DNA from: Podarcis melisellensis
Lineage: Eukaryota
Direction: 5' to 3' (one strand)
Assembly: GCA_964234715.1 (NCBI GenBank)
Contig: OZ174280.1
DNA length: 64,000 bases
Below are positions 62,816 to 64,000 of the stretch, one piece after another. The notes beneath the pieces were generated by a model, which was not told where the DNA came from, ran no database searches, and saw only the letters and a program-made list of their open reading frames with translations. Position 1 is the stretch's first letter. Each line of letters starts with the position of its first letter. The position numbers and the translations under genes were made by a program.

Positions 62816-63565
62816 AGAAAGTGAGGAGGAATTAAAGAACCTTTTAATGAGGGTGAAAGAGGAGAGCACAAAATATGGTCTGAAGCTCAACATCAAAAAA
62901 ACGAAGATCATGGCCACTGGGCCCATCACCTCCTGGCAAATAGAAGGGGAAGAAATGAAGACAGTAAGAGCCCTGATATTGGGCTCCATGATCACTGCAG
63001 ATGGTGACAGCAGTCACGAAATTAAAAGACGCCTGCTCCTTGGGAGAAAGGTGATGGCAAACCTAGACAACATCTTAAAAAGCAGAGACATCACCTTGCC
63101 AACAAAGGTCCGTATAGTAAAAGCCATGGTTTTCCCAGTAGTGATGTATGGAAGTGAGAGCTGGACCATAAAGAAGGCTGATCGCCGAAGAATTGATGCT
63201 TTTGAATTATGGTGCTGGAGGAGACTCTTGAGAGTCCCATGGATTGCAAGAAGATCAAACCTATCCATTCTTAAGGAAATCAGCCCTGAGTGCTCACTGG
63301 AAGGACAGATCCTGAAGCTGAGGCTCCAATACTTTGGCCACCTCATGAGAAGAGAAGACTCCCTGGAAAAGACCCTGATGTTGGGAAAGATTGAGGGCAC
63401 AAGAAGAAGGGGATGACAGAGAATGAGATGGTTAGACAGTGTTCTCGAAGCTACAAACATGAGTCTGACCAAACTGCGAGAGGCAGTGGAAGACAGGAGT
63501 GCCTGACGTGCTCTGGTCCATGGGGTCACGAAGAGTTGGACACGACTAAACGACTAAACAACAAC
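62816..63565 (+). mobile_element. 5'-truncated Bov-B (RTE) LINE, 750 bp, with 12-bp target-site duplication
   Basis: ORF 62847..63416 is the Bov-B C-terminus (LKLNIKKTKIMA, FELWCWRRLLRVPW, YFGHLMRR); (CAA)n tail; AGGATACCAGAC at 62804-62815 and 63566-63577. Confidence 0.93.
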
Positions 63566-64000
63566 AGGATACCAGACTGCCTGTCTGGTAGAATTAAACT
63601 GAGGAAGATGAGATTTGGTGACAAAATAAGTAACTCTGAGCTCTTGATAACCAAGTTTAGTTTCCATATTCCATATGTCCACTTCTTATTTCTCAGGAGT
63701 TTAGATGTTCTCCAATTTTTGCTAATTCCCACTTTATGTCTGCTCAGGTAAGGCAAGCAGCTGTGAGAGGAGGCATTTTACCTCACCTGCAAATTGGTCC
63801 CAGTGGGGCTCAGTGGATGCTAGATTTTGTTCTGCCCAGATGCAGGGAGAATAATTAGAATTAGCTTATTACTCCCCAGGTCTGAACAATTTCCTTTCAT
63901 TTTCATATTTTGCATACACCTGAAAGGAATACAGATAAATAAGTAAGTAAATAAATTGAAATGTGTAGAGGAAATAATGGACCCAGTCTTGGGGCCTATT

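Noticed and set aside
63014-63529. 171-aa minus-strand ORF
   Set aside because: Antisense frame of Bov-B
53250-64000. Start of the next gene (KDM4A follows PTPRF in human)
   Set aside because: No CpG-island promoter or recognisable coding exon seen in this interval

Overview
Eukaryotic genomic DNA from a vertebrate, most likely a squamate (probably lacertid lizard), inferred from the Sauria-type SINE and the Bov-B, L2 and CR1 repeats. It holds the 3' two-thirds of PTPRF (LAR receptor protein tyrosine phosphatase) on the + strand. I traced 20 main coding exons with GT-AG boundaries and matching phases (3503-51762; 3372 nt, 1123 aa plus stop). They encode fibronectin type III repeats, the furin site, the transmembrane helix and both PTP domains, followed by a ~1.5 kb 3'UTR. 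Three in-frame microexons of 27, 12 and 33 nt are not recognisable from the ORF track; they have nearby RBFOX/NOVA/SRRM4/PTB-type motifs, and the 27-nt one looks unusually diverged. Introns and the 3' flank carry L2, CR1, RTE and Bov-B LINE fragments, a Sauria SINE, Tc2-, Tigger- and hAT-type MITEs and microsatellites. An unexplained nested palindrome lies at about 61.8-62.25 kb. I found no convincing second protein-coding gene and no evidence of a wholly new biological system. The best leads are the microexon splicing architecture and a few unexplained structured elements. All comparisons with human or mammalian sequences are from memory and need alignment.
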